Below are positions 9,874-19,637 of a DNA stretch of 64,000 nucleotides, one piece after another. A model generated the notes under the pieces. That model saw only the letters and a program-made list of their open reading frames with translations, did no database searches and was not told where the DNA came from. Where the stretch lies: contig OZ241986.1 in NCBI GenBank assembly GCA_965204375.1, positions 1,504,001 to 1,568,000 on the forward strand. The letters are read 5' to 3'. Within the stretch, counting starts at the first letter, position 1, and every line of letters begins with the position of its first letter. This DNA comes from Candidatus Latescibacterota bacterium. GTDB lineage: Bacteria > Latescibacterota > UBA2968. The position numbers were made by a program, and so were the translations under genes.

Positions 9874-10680
9874 ATGAAACGTTTGATTATTGCGACATGT
9901 TTAGGGCTAGGACTGGTCGGCTCTGCCATTGCTGGACCCCTGACACAGGGTATAGAATTTACGGGCGGCGAGAATAGCCTGGCAGGCCTGGTGCTGCAAC
10001 GCACGCAAAATATTGTTGCCGAAGATGGCGTTTTGAAGCTGCAAGTCTCTATCAATTACGCGCAGAAATTGAAGGGTTATGGTTTTGTGCTGCAGTACGA
10101 TCAATCCAAGTATGAGTTTGTCGAAGCACGCCAAGTTGATCAAAATCTGCTCGATGCGAATAGCGGGCAACCCGCGCTATTTCTCGCGTCTAACAAGACG
10201 CCAGGGCAAGTGGCTGTTGGCGCGATGAAGGTCGATGGGCAGGCTGTCAGTGGCGATGGTGCTTTGGTCGAGTTTACGTTTAATACCACACAGACACCTC
10301 TCGCCTCTGATTTTCAGATCCTCGACGGTGTGATGGTTGATTTGGCTGGCGGTATTGATGCCATTACCAATATTGAAATTGGCTCCCTCAAGCCCATGCC
10401 CCAAGATTACGCCCTCGAACAAAATGTACCAAATCCTTTTAACCCCTCCACGACAATTGAATATCGGTTGCCCGAAGCCGGTGACGTCCAACTGGTGATC
10501 TACAATCTGCTCGGGCAAGAAGTTCGCACCCTAATTCAAGAGACGATGGATGCGGGTTTTCACTCGGTTGTTTGGGATGGCACGGATGAATTTGGCAAGC
10601 AAGTGGCCAGTGGTATTTATATTTATCGCATGTCAGTGGCTGATTTTACCCAGGTTCAGCGCATGATGTTGCTGAAGTAA
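9874..10680 (+). CDS. Secreted protein with cohesin-like domain and FlgD-Ig/T9SS-like C-terminal domain
   Basis: Signal peptide MKRLIIATCLGLG, cohesin-like KGYGFVLQYD...VSGDGALVEFTF, and C-terminal QNVPNPFNPSTTIEY...WDGTD...ASGIY...MMLLK. RBS AGGAGG. Confidence 0.8.
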   Translation: MKRLIIATCLGLGLVGSAIAGPLTQGIEFTGGENSLAGLVLQRTQNIVAEDGVLKLQVSINYAQKLKGYGFVLQYDQSKYEFVEARQVDQNLLDANSGQPALFLASNKTPGQVAVGAMKVDGQAVSGDGALVEFTFNTTQTPLASDFQILDGVMVDLAGGIDAITNIEIGSLKPMPQDYALEQNVPNPFNPSTTIEYRLPEAGDVQLVIYNLLGQEVRTLIQETMDAGFHSVVWDGTDEFGKQVASGIYIYRMSVADFTQVQRMMLLK

Positions 10681-10702
10681 TGGCGCATTCGAATTCGTTT
10701 CG

Positions 10703-10735
10703 AGGCCGCTTCTTTTGAGGCGGCCTTTCTTTTTT
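10703..10735 (+). terminator. Intrinsic terminator
   Basis: AGGCCGCTTC-TTTT-GAGGCGGCCT followed by a T tract. Confidence 0.8.
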
Positions 10736-10748
10736 GGGAGGGAGTGTC

Positions 10749-11795
10749 ATGATTCGCGTTGGACTGGTGGGCTATGGTTTGGGTGGAAAAGTCTTTCACG
10801 CACAATTGATTCAGATGGCGCCAGATCTCGAACTCTATGCGGTTTGTTCGCGTTCATTAGAAAAACGCCAGGATGCAGAGGCTGATTTCCCACAGATCGC
10901 GACGTATGACTCTTTTGACGCGCTATTGGACGATGGTAATATCGATCTCGTTGTGCTGGCGACACCTCACGATACGCATGCGCCGATGGCTATTCAGGCA
11001 ATGGACGCTGGCAAACATCTCGTAACAGATAAAATTATGTGTTTGAATGAGTCTGAAGCGCTGGCTATGATTGAAGCGTCTGAGCGCAATCAGGTGCTTT
11101 TAAGTGTGTATCAGAACCGGCGATGGGATGGCGATTTCTTGACGTTGCAACACATACTCGCAGAAGGGATACTGGGCGATATTTATACTATTGAGTCCAA
11201 TATCACAACTTATGGTGGCCCGCATGTCGGGTGGCGTGCGTGGAAAAAATACGGCGGAGGGCGTGTTCTCGATTGGGGGGCGCATCTGGTAGATCAGGCT
11301 CTCAGACTTTACGGTCCGACAGTTGAAACCGTTTTTGCCGATTTGCAATATCGCTATCCCAAGGACAAGGCCGATGTTGAGGCTCTATCTCTGATTCATC
11401 TGAGATTTGCAAATGGAGTGCGCTATTTTATTGAGTTGGGCACCGCGTGGATGTATGCCAAGCCGCGCTATCATGTGCGCGGCGCGCTCGGAAGTTTTAG
11501 AAAATATGGCATAGACCCTCAAGAAGCGGCGATGAAGTCGGGCGTTTTTGGCGTACTCGTTCCGGAAGACCCTGCGCGTTATCAGTTGCGCGTGGTCAAT
11601 GATCGCGGACAAACTGTAGAGTACCCCGTGTCGCCCCTGTTTGGCAGTTATCGCACGTATTACGATAATGTGGGCGCAGCACTTGTACGTGGGGAAGAAT
11701 TGCTGGTCAAACCAGAAGAATGTCTGGAGGCCATTCGCGTGATTGATGCAATCAGGCTCTCGGCAGAACGAGAAGAGGTCGTCAAGCTGAGATAG
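10749..11795 (+). CDS. Gfo/Idh/MocA oxidoreductase
   Basis: GLVGYGLGGKVFH, AGKHLVTDK, YQNRRWDGDF and DWGAHLVDQ motifs. Confidence 0.9.
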   Translation: MIRVGLVGYGLGGKVFHAQLIQMAPDLELYAVCSRSLEKRQDAEADFPQIATYDSFDALLDDGNIDLVVLATPHDTHAPMAIQAMDAGKHLVTDKIMCLNESEALAMIEASERNQVLLSVYQNRRWDGDFLTLQHILAEGILGDIYTIESNITTYGGPHVGWRAWKKYGGGRVLDWGAHLVDQALRLYGPTVETVFADLQYRYPKDKADVEALSLIHLRFANGVRYFIELGTAWMYAKPRYHVRGALGSFRKYGIDPQEAAMKSGVFGVLVPEDPARYQLRVVNDRGQTVEYPVSPLFGSYRTYYDNVGAALVRGEELLVKPEECLEAIRVIDAIRLSAEREEVVKLR

Positions 11796-11809
11796 AAAAG
11801 GGTATTTTT

Positions 11810-11965
11810 ATGGTGTGGGGCATTGTATTATTTATCATTTTTACGGGTTGTTATCTCGGGCAATGTGTTTCTTCTGGCCTGGGTGAAAAGCGCGGCTGGT
11901 CATTGCAGTGGATCTGTTGGCTGATCACGAGTTTGACGATTCTGATCTGCTATTTCATTGTTTAG
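11810..11965 (+). CDS. Small two-TM membrane protein (51 aa)
   Basis: Manual translation MVWGIVLFIIFTGCYLGQCVSSGLGEKRGWSLQWICWLITSLTILICYFIV, filling the gap between two + strand genes. Confidence 0.55.
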   Translation: MVWGIVLFIIFTGCYLGQCVSSGLGEKRGWSLQWICWLITSLTILICYFIV

Positions 11966-12455
11966 GACCACCATCGTGTTGTTTTGCGAATTTAAACGCC
12001 ATCTCGATAAACCCGATGAAACGTATATGTGCGATTTGGTCGCCTGCGGCACAGATTGGGTTGTCTTGTCTTATGTGTCAAACCAGGCCTGGGAAGTTGC
12101 CGGCGCCCTCTTGCCTGCTGGTTCTCAAACGCTGGCTTTTTATCAAATGGACGTCGCTCATGTTCTGTGGCGAATGTGTGCCCCTTCAGGTAATCTGAAG
12201 GGGCATTTATTTCACATTTGTCGAGATGTGCAGGTGGAAGAAGACAAGGTCAGTTATCTGGATCTGCTTTTGGATATATGGATAAGTTCAGATGGTGTTG
12301 TCGAGGTTTTAGACCGAGAGGATGTAGATGTGTGTTACAGGGAAGGCAAACTGTGTGAAGCCGACTTGAAAGCCATAGCGGCAGAAGAGAAACGAATTGT
12401 GACACACTGGCCCGTGCTGGTGCGCGAGATGGACGCGCTTTTGAGCGACCTATAA
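11958..12455 (+). CDS. DUF402 domain protein
   Basis: FHICRD...YLDLLLDIWIS...EVLDRED acidic motif. Start codon uncertain. Confidence 0.75.
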   Translation: MFRTTIVLFCEFKRHLDKPDETYMCDLVACGTDWVVLSYVSNQAWEVAGALLPAGSQTLAFYQMDVAHVLWRMCAPSGNLKGHLFHICRDVQVEEDKVSYLDLLLDIWISSDGVVEVLDREDVDVCYREGKLCEADLKAIAAEEKRIVTHWPVLVREMDALLSDL

Positions 12456-13349
12456 TGATTTCTTTTCTTCTTCGAGCAGCGGGATGAGTTCTCTGAGGTA
12501 TTTGCGAAAATCTTTGGCAATGGCCGGATGGGTGAGGGAAAAGGCCACGGAGGTTTTGAGATATGAAAGAAGATCGCCCACTGTATGCCACTCCCCTTCA
12601 ATGGCGCATGCGTAAACCGCTCGGGATTGGCTCATCAATTCAATGGCGTCGGTGAGTTGATATTCTCCATTCTCAGCAGGTTCGATCTGTTCGAGGAAGT
12701 CAAAAATTTCGGGCCCAAAGATATAGCGCCCAAGGGTTGCGAGATTTGACGGTGCTCTTGTCGGATCGGGTTTTTCAATGAGTCCCTCAACGAGATAGAC
12801 ATCGTTTATGCGGTTGCCTTTAATAACGCCATAACTACTGATGCGTTCTTGCGGCACTTCTTTAACTGCGAGGATTGAGCTGTTGTACCTGTTATAGTGC
12901 TCTATCATCTGTCCAATGCATGGGCGCTCCGAAACGACGAGGTCGTCGCCGTAAAGAACGGCAAAGGGTTCGTCGCCAATATGTTTGCGGGCTTTGAGAA
13001 CGGCGTGTCCTGTACCTAACTGGTCTTTTTGTCGCACGTAATGGATGTCGGCCAGTTGTTCGATCCGGTCCAGCGTTTCAAGCATTTTTAGATCTGCGCG
13101 TTCATGCAATGCATGGGCGATTTCGACATTGCGATCAAAGTGGTCTTCAATTGCACGCTTTCCCCGGCCCGTGATGATCAGGATGTCTTCAATACCCGAG
13201 TTGACGAGTTCCTCTATGATGTATTGAATCGCTGGCTTGTCAACAATGGGCATCATCTCTTTGGGCAGGGCTTTGGTGGCGGGCAGCATGCGACTGCCGT
13301 GCCCCGCTGCGGGGATTACTGCTTTCCGAATTTTCAACAGGACCTCCAA
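12450..13349 (-). CDS. galU: UTP--glucose-1-phosphate uridylyltransferase
   Basis: KAVIPAAGHGSRMLPATKALPKEM, RQKDQLGTGHA and IEKP motifs. Confidence 0.93.
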   Translation of the reverse strand: MEVLLKIRKAVIPAAGHGSRMLPATKALPKEMMPIVDKPAIQYIIEELVNSGIEDILIITGRGKRAIEDHFDRNVEIAHALHERADLKMLETLDRIEQLADIHYVRQKDQLGTGHAVLKARKHIGDEPFAVLYGDDLVVSERPCIGQMIEHYNRYNSSILAVKEVPQERISSYGVIKGNRINDVYLVEGLIEKPDPTRAPSNLATLGRYIFGPEIFDFLEQIEPAENGEYQLTDAIELMSQSRAVYACAIEGEWHTVGDLLSYLKTSVAFSLTHPAIAKDFRKYLRELIPLLEEEKKSL

Positions 13350-13659
13350 TACCGAGATTTGTCAAATGATCTGAATGACAAATTTCAGATCGCCAGAAAG
13401 AAATGTCAAGGATATTTTCCCACAACATATTGTCTCTCGTTACTTGACTTTATTTTTTTAAAGAGTTATTATTCTGCATCTTTTCTCCCCTTTTTCCACT
13501 TCTGTTAATTTTCCCCCTATTCAGAAGTCGTCTTCTCGCTGCCATTCAACGTTTTTCCGACAGGCAGTTGTGAATACCGAGAAATACAGACCAATTTTTT
13601 TAACTAATTTTGCCGGATTATTGTTCTCTTTATCAATTCCGGTGGGAGATACTTCAGCT

Positions 13660-14679
13660 ATGGCTTTTTGGTTTTCGAACTTGTTTTCTAATGATATTGG
13701 TATTGATCTGGGAACTGCCAACACACTGGTTTATGTCAAAGGGCAGGGCATTGTGATCAATGAACCTTCAATTGTTGCTCTTGAGCGTCATACGCGCAAA
13801 CCCTTGGCCATTGGTGCTCAGGCGAAAGAAATGCTTGGGCGCGAAAAACCGGATATAGAGGTGGTGCGCCCGCTCCGCGATGGCGTTATCGCCGATTTTG
13901 ATGTGACTGAGGAAATGCTGCGCTTTTTTATTTCCAAAGTACAAAAAAACAAACTGCTGGTCAGGCCGCGCGTTGTAATTTGTGTGCCTTCTGGTGTTAC
14001 GCCTGTTGAGATGCGAGCTGTAAGAGAAGCTGCTGATCGCGCAGGTGCCCGCGAAGTTTATTTGATCAAAGAACCCATGGCGGCTGCGATTGGCGTTGGG
14101 TTGCCCATAGAGGATGCGGTGGGGTCTATGGTCGTTGATATTGGCGGCGGAACAACTGAGATCGCTGTGATTGCACTATCTGGTATTGTGACGTCCGTAT
14201 CAATTAAAACAGCGGGCGATGAATTGACAGAAGTCATTGTACAATTTCTCAAGCGCAAACACAATCTGCTGGTAGGAAGCCGCAGCGCAGAGCAAATCAA
14301 GTGCGCTATTGGTACTGCCGTGGGGCTCGATGAAGAACTGCAACATACGTGTCGCGGCCTGGAGATGGTGCAAGCGATTCCCAGAATTATTACTGTCCAC
14401 TCGAAAGAAATCAGAGAGGCGATGGCCGGTTCGACAAATGCAATCATTAACGCTGTGCGCCGAACGCTCGAGCATACACCACCCGAATTGGCCGCCGATA
14501 TTCTCGATAATGGCATCATTTTGACGGGAGGTGGGGCACTGTTGCGCGGTCTGGATCGGCGATTGGTCAATGAGACTGGCTTACCCGTTATGGTAGCCGA
14601 TGATCCATTGACCTGTGTGGTGCGAGGTACGGGGAAAGTACTTGCAGATATCCATGGCTACAGGAATGTTTTGGAATAG
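13660..14679 (+). CDS. mreB: Rod shape-determining protein MreB
   Basis: GIDLGTANT, EPMAAAIG, DIGGGTTE and LTGGGALL motifs. Confidence 0.97.
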   Translation: MAFWFSNLFSNDIGIDLGTANTLVYVKGQGIVINEPSIVALERHTRKPLAIGAQAKEMLGREKPDIEVVRPLRDGVIADFDVTEEMLRFFISKVQKNKLLVRPRVVICVPSGVTPVEMRAVREAADRAGAREVYLIKEPMAAAIGVGLPIEDAVGSMVVDIGGGTTEIAVIALSGIVTSVSIKTAGDELTEVIVQFLKRKHNLLVGSRSAEQIKCAIGTAVGLDEELQHTCRGLEMVQAIPRIITVHSKEIREAMAGSTNAIINAVRRTLEHTPPELAADILDNGIILTGGGALLRGLDRRLVNETGLPVMVADDPLTCVVRGTGKVLADIHGYRNVLE

Positions 14680-14681
14680 CG

Positions 14682-15488
14682 ATGCAGCAAATTCATGTTT
14701 TTTTGCGTGTTCGCCGTAAGGGAGTTGTGCTGGGTGTTGCGATTTTGGCGTCGTTGATATTGATGTTGTTCGATTCCTCAATACAGACGCGATTTGCACA
14801 CAATATTGTTTTTGGATTGACATCTATTGGGCACCGTATCTTTGCCTGGCCAATGGGAGTTTCTTCGCTGCGACACGAAAATGATGCTTTGCGCGATCAG
14901 AATTTGCGTCTTTCTCTCGAATTGCTCAAACTCAGAGAGGCCCAGCTTGAAAATGCACGCCTCCATGCCTTATTGCATTTCAAGTCGCAGCAGGCGGCTG
15001 AAAAATCTTATATCGCTGCACGGGTGATTGCACGCAATCCCGCGCGAATTGCAAATACGATATTGATCGATGCCGGTACAGATGAAGGCGTACAGGCCCG
15101 TATGCCTGTTGTGACTGCGGATGGGTTGGTGGGGCGTATCGTGGAAGTACACGGCTATACTGCTATTGTACAGTTGCTTGTAGATCACAACTGTCGGGTC
15201 AGCGCTGTGGTGCAGCGACACAGCCGCATAAATGGTATTGTGTCTTTTGAAGATGGCACATTCTATTTAAAAAATGTGTCGCTTCGAGGGGATATTAAAG
15301 TTGGAGATTTGATCGTATCATCTGGTTTGGGCGAACTCTTTCCAAAAGGACTTTACGTGGGGCAGGTTGCCGAAGTAGGGGATGAAGTACAGGGTTTGTT
15401 TAGAGAGGTTATTCTGGCACCAGGCGTAAATTTCCACAATTTGGAAGAAGTCTTTGTACTGAAGACCCGTTCACCGATCAACAAATAA
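14682..15488 (+). CDS. mreC: Rod shape-determining protein MreC
   Basis: N-terminal TM, coiled coil ENARL, GLVGRI and SSGLGELFPKG. Follows mreB. Confidence 0.93.
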   Translation: MQQIHVFLRVRRKGVVLGVAILASLILMLFDSSIQTRFAHNIVFGLTSIGHRIFAWPMGVSSLRHENDALRDQNLRLSLELLKLREAQLENARLHALLHFKSQQAAEKSYIAARVIARNPARIANTILIDAGTDEGVQARMPVVTADGLVGRIVEVHGYTAIVQLLVDHNCRVSAVVQRHSRINGIVSFEDGTFYLKNVSLRGDIKVGDLIVSSGLGELFPKGLYVGQVAEVGDEVQGLFREVILAPGVNFHNLEEVFVLKTRSPINK

Positions 15489-15492
15489 AGTG

Positions 15493-16971
15493 TCACAATT
15501 GAATCGATTTTTTGAGTTCCCTGAGGGCAGTGCCTTCGGGGGATTTTTTGTAGTAGGTATCCAGTGGAAAGCATCCCGATATCATGCCATTTCGGGGGGC
15601 TGTGGTGCAGTCGCTAAAGGTTCGACAAAGTTTGCGTTTGGAAGTTTCGCCCTTTTGGAGTACATCTACGGGCAAATCGGGATAGGACAGCACCATGCGC
15701 CCCAGACCGATAAAATCTACCTTGCCATCGCGCACGAGCGTTTGGGCAACGTGGGGCAGAAATTCCTGGAGGTAGGAATAAGCCGTACCGACGATGAGCA
15801 AATCAGAAAATTGTTTTTTGATTTGTGCAGTAATGCCAACTTGACGGGCAACGCCCACGAGTGGGTCTTCGGGGGGTTGATAGCCATCAGAGGGAGGAAA
15901 ATAAGCAGGCCGCTGAATGTGGGGGTTGTAGTAAGGACTGCCTGCTGAGAGATTGACAAGCACAATATCGAGTTCGCGCAGCAATTCGAGGAAGCGACAG
16001 GTTTCGGCGATATTTGTGGCGATGGGATTGTCTTCATCAATGCCAAAACCGTACTTATAGGGTAGGTATTCGGAAAAATCTTCGGGAATGCCGGGTCCGA
16101 GTTTCTTGCCCTCGGATTGTTCGGGGTCGGGATAAAAAGGCACAAAATCGAATGCACTGAGGCGCACACCTATTTTGAGACCGGGACAATCGGTGCGAAT
16201 GCCCGCGACGATTTCGCGAAGAAATCGCGTTCGGTTTTCAAATGAGCCGCCATAAGGTCCCGGCCGGGTAAAGGCACTTAAAAATTCGTGACCGATATAA
16301 CCGTGGCAGTGTTTGACATCGACAAACTGATATCCGAGGTCATGCGCCATACGTGCGGCACTGCAATAGTCGTCAATCAGGCTTTTGATTTCGCTATCGG
16401 ATAGCAAGGGATCGTCCGAGTCAATACCAAATTTGCGGTCGAGAATCGGATGGCGATACACAATGCGGGGCTCGAGTTTGATTTTATCATTGGGTCTGCA
16501 AAAACGACCCGAGTGGGTCAGTTGAAGGCCGATGAGCAGGTCATCGGTGTTGCCGATGTGTTCCCGGTGTGCCGATAAGAGTTCTTCGCGGAGTTTGCCC
16601 AGGCCGGTTTTGGTATGTTCGGCTGCAAAGAGTTGATTGGGATTTGCGCGTCCTTCATGACGCACGGCAACGGCTTCGCCGCCCCATATTAATTTTGCAC
16701 CACTAAGGCCAAAGTTTTGCCATCTCCGGAGGGTATATTCTGAGGGATTGCCATCAATTTCGCCGTCCCAGCCCTCCATGGGGTGGATGCAAAAGCGATT
16801 GCCAATGCGAAAGCCCTGACACTCGCTTGTTTGGGCAAGCGGAGATTCTGGTGCTTTGAGAACTTCGTCATCGCAGGGTAGGTCAATCCCCAGGCTGTTG
16901 ACATGTGCTTTGAATGATTCGACGGTTTTGTGATGTCCGATGCGCTGGTATTTTGCCAGAGGCATTGGCAC
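15493..16971 (-). CDS. NADH:flavin oxidoreductase (old yellow enzyme family)
   Basis: [24 protein letters not shown] and [11 protein letters not shown] motifs. Confidence 0.9.
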   Translation of the reverse strand: MPMPLAKYQRIGHHKTVESFKAHVNSLGIDLPCDDEVLKAPESPLAQTSECQGFRIGNRFCIHPMEGWDGEIDGNPSEYTLRRWQNFGLSGAKLIWGGEAVAVRHEGRANPNQLFAAEHTKTGLGKLREELLSAHREHIGNTDDLLIGLQLTHSGRFCRPNDKIKLEPRIVYRHPILDRKFGIDSDDPLLSDSEIKSLIDDYCSAARMAHDLGYQFVDVKHCHGYIGHEFLSAFTRPGPYGGSFENRTRFLREIVAGIRTDCPGLKIGVRLSAFDFVPFYPDPEQSEGKKLGPGIPEDFSEYLPYKYGFGIDEDNPIATNIAETCRFLELLRELDIVLVNLSAGSPYYNPHIQRPAYFPPSDGYQPPEDPLVGVARQVGITAQIKKQFSDLLIVGTAYSYLQEFLPHVAQTLVRDGKVDFIGLGRMVLSYPDLPVDVLQKGETSKRKLCRTFSDCTTAPRNGMISGCFPLDTYYKKSPEGTALRELKKSIQL

Positions 16972-17064
16972 TCCTTGGGCGAAATGGTTTGCATTATATG
17001 CCTTAGAAAGCTATGAATATACCAAAGGATGTTTTGGGAAGCAATGTTTCTGAAAGGAGTCACT

Positions 17065-18033
17065 ATGGCAGCGGAAAATTATGTTCAGATTGTCGTGCCT
17101 GGCGATGAGCCGGTACAGATTGCGGGATCACCCCATCTGGAGCGATTGGCAAGTTATGGCGATGTGACGCTTTACGATACGCGACCCGTATCATTAAAAG
17201 AAAAGGTCGAACGGGTAAGGGACGCCGATGTGATTATGAACACGCGCGGTGCTGTGACGTGGGGCGAGCAAGAGTTTAGCCAATTGCCAAAGTTGAAAAT
17301 GATTACGACGTGTTCTATTGGCACAGATATGTTCGATCTGGCGGCCGCAAAAAAGCGTGGGATTGTGATATGCAACCAGCCGGGAAGAACAGCACCGGTT
17401 GTGGCAGAGCACATGTTTGGCCTGATGTTTGCCGTTGCAAAACGCGCTGCATATTTAACCACAGAGATGAAAAAGGGAGGCTGGCCCAGGCGGGATAATG
17501 TGATGCTTCAGGGCAAAACCCTGGGGATTATTGGTGCAGGCAATATTGGTGCTGAGATGGCGCGACTTGCCCAAGCGATTGGGATGGAGGTGATTGCGTG
17601 GACATTTCATCCGTCACCTGAACGGGCGGAAAAACTCGGCGTGCGATTTGTCGAGTTGGATACACTGCTCGAAACTTCTGATGTCGTCAGTCTGCATGTG
17701 GCGTTGACAGATGATACCCAGGGGATGATCGGTAAAGCCGAATTGGAAAAGATGAAAGCAGATGCGCTATTGCTGAATGGCGCACGCGGTGCAGTGGTTG
17801 ATTCGGACGCGCTTGTCGATGCGTTAAACAGTGGGCATATCGGCGGAGCAGGTATCGATGTGTACGAAGAAGAACCGACACCACCCGATTATCCCCTTCT
17901 TGCGTGTGAACAGGTGGTGCTTACGCCGCATTGTGCAGATATGACGCCAGAAGGTGTCGATCTGCTCAATAGCGGCGCAGTTGAGAATGTGATCGCATTT
18001 TTGGAGGGACAGACGCAAAATGCGGTGACTTAG
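17065..18033 (+). CDS. D-isomer-specific 2-hydroxyacid dehydrogenase
   Basis: GIIGAGNIG, NGARG, DVYEEEP and LTPH motifs. Confidence 0.9.
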   Translation: MAAENYVQIVVPGDEPVQIAGSPHLERLASYGDVTLYDTRPVSLKEKVERVRDADVIMNTRGAVTWGEQEFSQLPKLKMITTCSIGTDMFDLAAAKKRGIVICNQPGRTAPVVAEHMFGLMFAVAKRAAYLTTEMKKGGWPRRDNVMLQGKTLGIIGAGNIGAEMARLAQAIGMEVIAWTFHPSPERAEKLGVRFVELDTLLETSDVVSLHVALTDDTQGMIGKAELEKMKADALLLNGARGAVVDSDALVDALNSGHIGGAGIDVYEEEPTPPDYPLLACEQVVLTPHCADMTPEGVDLLNSGAVENVIAFLEGQTQNAVT

Positions 18034-19112
18034 CTTTCGATATACCCCTCTCGGGTCAAGAGTTCGGCCATCAGGACAGCACCACCTGCTGCACCGCGTA
18101 CAGTATTATGGCTGAGGGCGATGAATTTGTAATCGAAGAGATTGTCTTCGCGCAAGCGACCGAGTGTAATGCCCATGCCGTTTTCCGCATCGCGGTCTGT
18201 GCGCGTCTGCGGGCGGTCATCGCCTTCGATGTACGCGAGAAATGTTTTGGGTGAGGAGGGCAGCCCTATAGCTCTGTGGTCGCCCTCAAAGCTTTGCCAG
18301 CGGGAGAGGATGTCCTTTGCCGTGGGTTTTTTGTCAAAGGATACAGATACGGCTGCCATGTGTCCATCTGTGACGGGAACCCGAACGCATTGGGCTGATA
18401 TGATCGGACTGCGTTTGGGCACAATTTCATCTTTGACGATTTTGCCCCAAATCTTGTGGGGTTCGTTTTCACTTTTGTCTTCTTCACCGCCGATATAGGG
18501 AATGATATTGTCTATCATTTCTGGCCAGGTCTCAAAGGTTTTACCCGCACCGGAAATGGCCTGATAAGTGCATATAGAGGCGCTGGAAGGCCCAAATTCT
18601 GACAATGCGTGAAAAGCCGGTACATAAGGCTGAATGGAGCAATTGGGTTTTACGGCAATAAAACCGCGTTGGGCACCCAGACGTTTGCGTTGCTCCGGAA
18701 TGATTTCGGCGTGTTCTGGATTGATTTCTGGCATAAGGATGGGTACGTCGGGGGTCCAGCGGTGCGCCGAATTATTGGAGATGACCGGGGTTTCGGCTTT
18801 TGCATAAGCTTCTTCGAGTCTGTAAATTTCCTCTTTTTCCATGTCGAGCGCGCAACAGATGAAATCGACTTGTGATGCGATAGCGTTAACCTCGCGCACA
18901 TCTTGCACGACGAGGTCGGATACTGTTGCGGGAATGGGAATATCGCGTTGCGTCCATCGGCCTTTCACAGCTTCTCGATAGGTTTTTCCGGCAGAGCGCG
19001 GGCTGGCGGCGATGGAGGCAATTTCAAAATAGGGATGATCGGCGAGCAATGTGACAAAGCGCTGCCCGACCATGCCGGTTGCTCCGAGAATTCCAACTTT
19101 GAGTTTGGACAT
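18030..19112 (-). CDS. asd: Aspartate-semialdehyde dehydrogenase
   Basis: VGILGATGMVGQ, KPNCS, QAISGAG and HNTVRGAAGG motifs. ATG at 19112. Confidence 0.95.
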   Translation of the reverse strand: MSKLKVGILGATGMVGQRFVTLLADHPYFEIASIAASPRSAGKTYREAVKGRWTQRDIPIPATVSDLVVQDVREVNAIASQVDFICCALDMEKEEIYRLEEAYAKAETPVISNNSAHRWTPDVPILMPEINPEHAEIIPEQRKRLGAQRGFIAVKPNCSIQPYVPAFHALSEFGPSSASICTYQAISGAGKTFETWPEMIDNIIPYIGGEEDKSENEPHKIWGKIVKDEIVPKRSPIISAQCVRVPVTDGHMAAVSVSFDKKPTAKDILSRWQSFEGDHRAIGLPSSPKTFLAYIEGDDRPQTRTDRDAENGMGITLGRLREDNLFDYKFIALSHNTVRGAAGGAVLMAELLTREGYIES

Positions 19113-19141
19113 CAGTTTTTCCTTTCTGCGGATCTGAAAAT

Positions 19142-19182
19142 AAAAAAACAGCCGGTTGCCAGAGTAGAAGCATGCCGACTGC
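19142..19182 (-). terminator. Riboswitch-associated terminator in the asd leader
   Basis: Minus strand CAGTCGG...CCGGCTG followed by TTTTTTT, between the aptamer and the asd start. Confidence 0.7.
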
Positions 19183-19199
19183 ATATAGCAGAGACTGCC

Positions 19200-19378
19200 C
19201 ACAAGAGAGTGCTCCACGGAAAATATCCCGTGACAGTTCAGCAGATATTATCTGCTGACCCAGCCAAATGCCCTGCGGTGGAATATTTGGCTTCGGCATC
19301 CCGACCCTTTCATCTGGCCTGTAGATCCGCTTTCTGGTGCCAGATTACTGATGACGGGACGCGCCTCTACTCTTGGTG
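19200..19378 (-). ncRNA. Lysine riboswitch (L-box)
   Basis: Minus strand shows AGAGGCGC...AGTAA...GAAAGGG...GCCGAAG...CTGGG...ACTGTCAC...GGAGCACT, the ordered lysine aptamer motifs, upstream of asd. Confidence 0.88.
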
Positions 19379-19637
19379 GGGAGAAACTTCACATATTCTT
19401 TATTTTTTGTCAACCCGAAAATGAAATATGCCGCTGTATAGGCGAATCTGCAAATCTGCGATAGTAGTTGGGTGGTTGGGCGGGGTTCGTCTATTCGTCT
19501 ATGAACTGGCCTGAGAGGCGGCCAGTTGTACACCGCTCCGTCTATTCGCCCTTTGTATTGTATTAGATACATTGCCTTTATTTTTTTATATTTCGTATAT
19601 CCTCTTAACCACGCCTAAATCACACAAGGAGAATTTT

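Noticed and set aside
19200-19378. SAM-I riboswitch as an alternative identity
   Set aside because: It lacks the ATCxAGAG/GCAACC/GTGC core order of SAM-I. Motifs and length fit the lysine aptamer.
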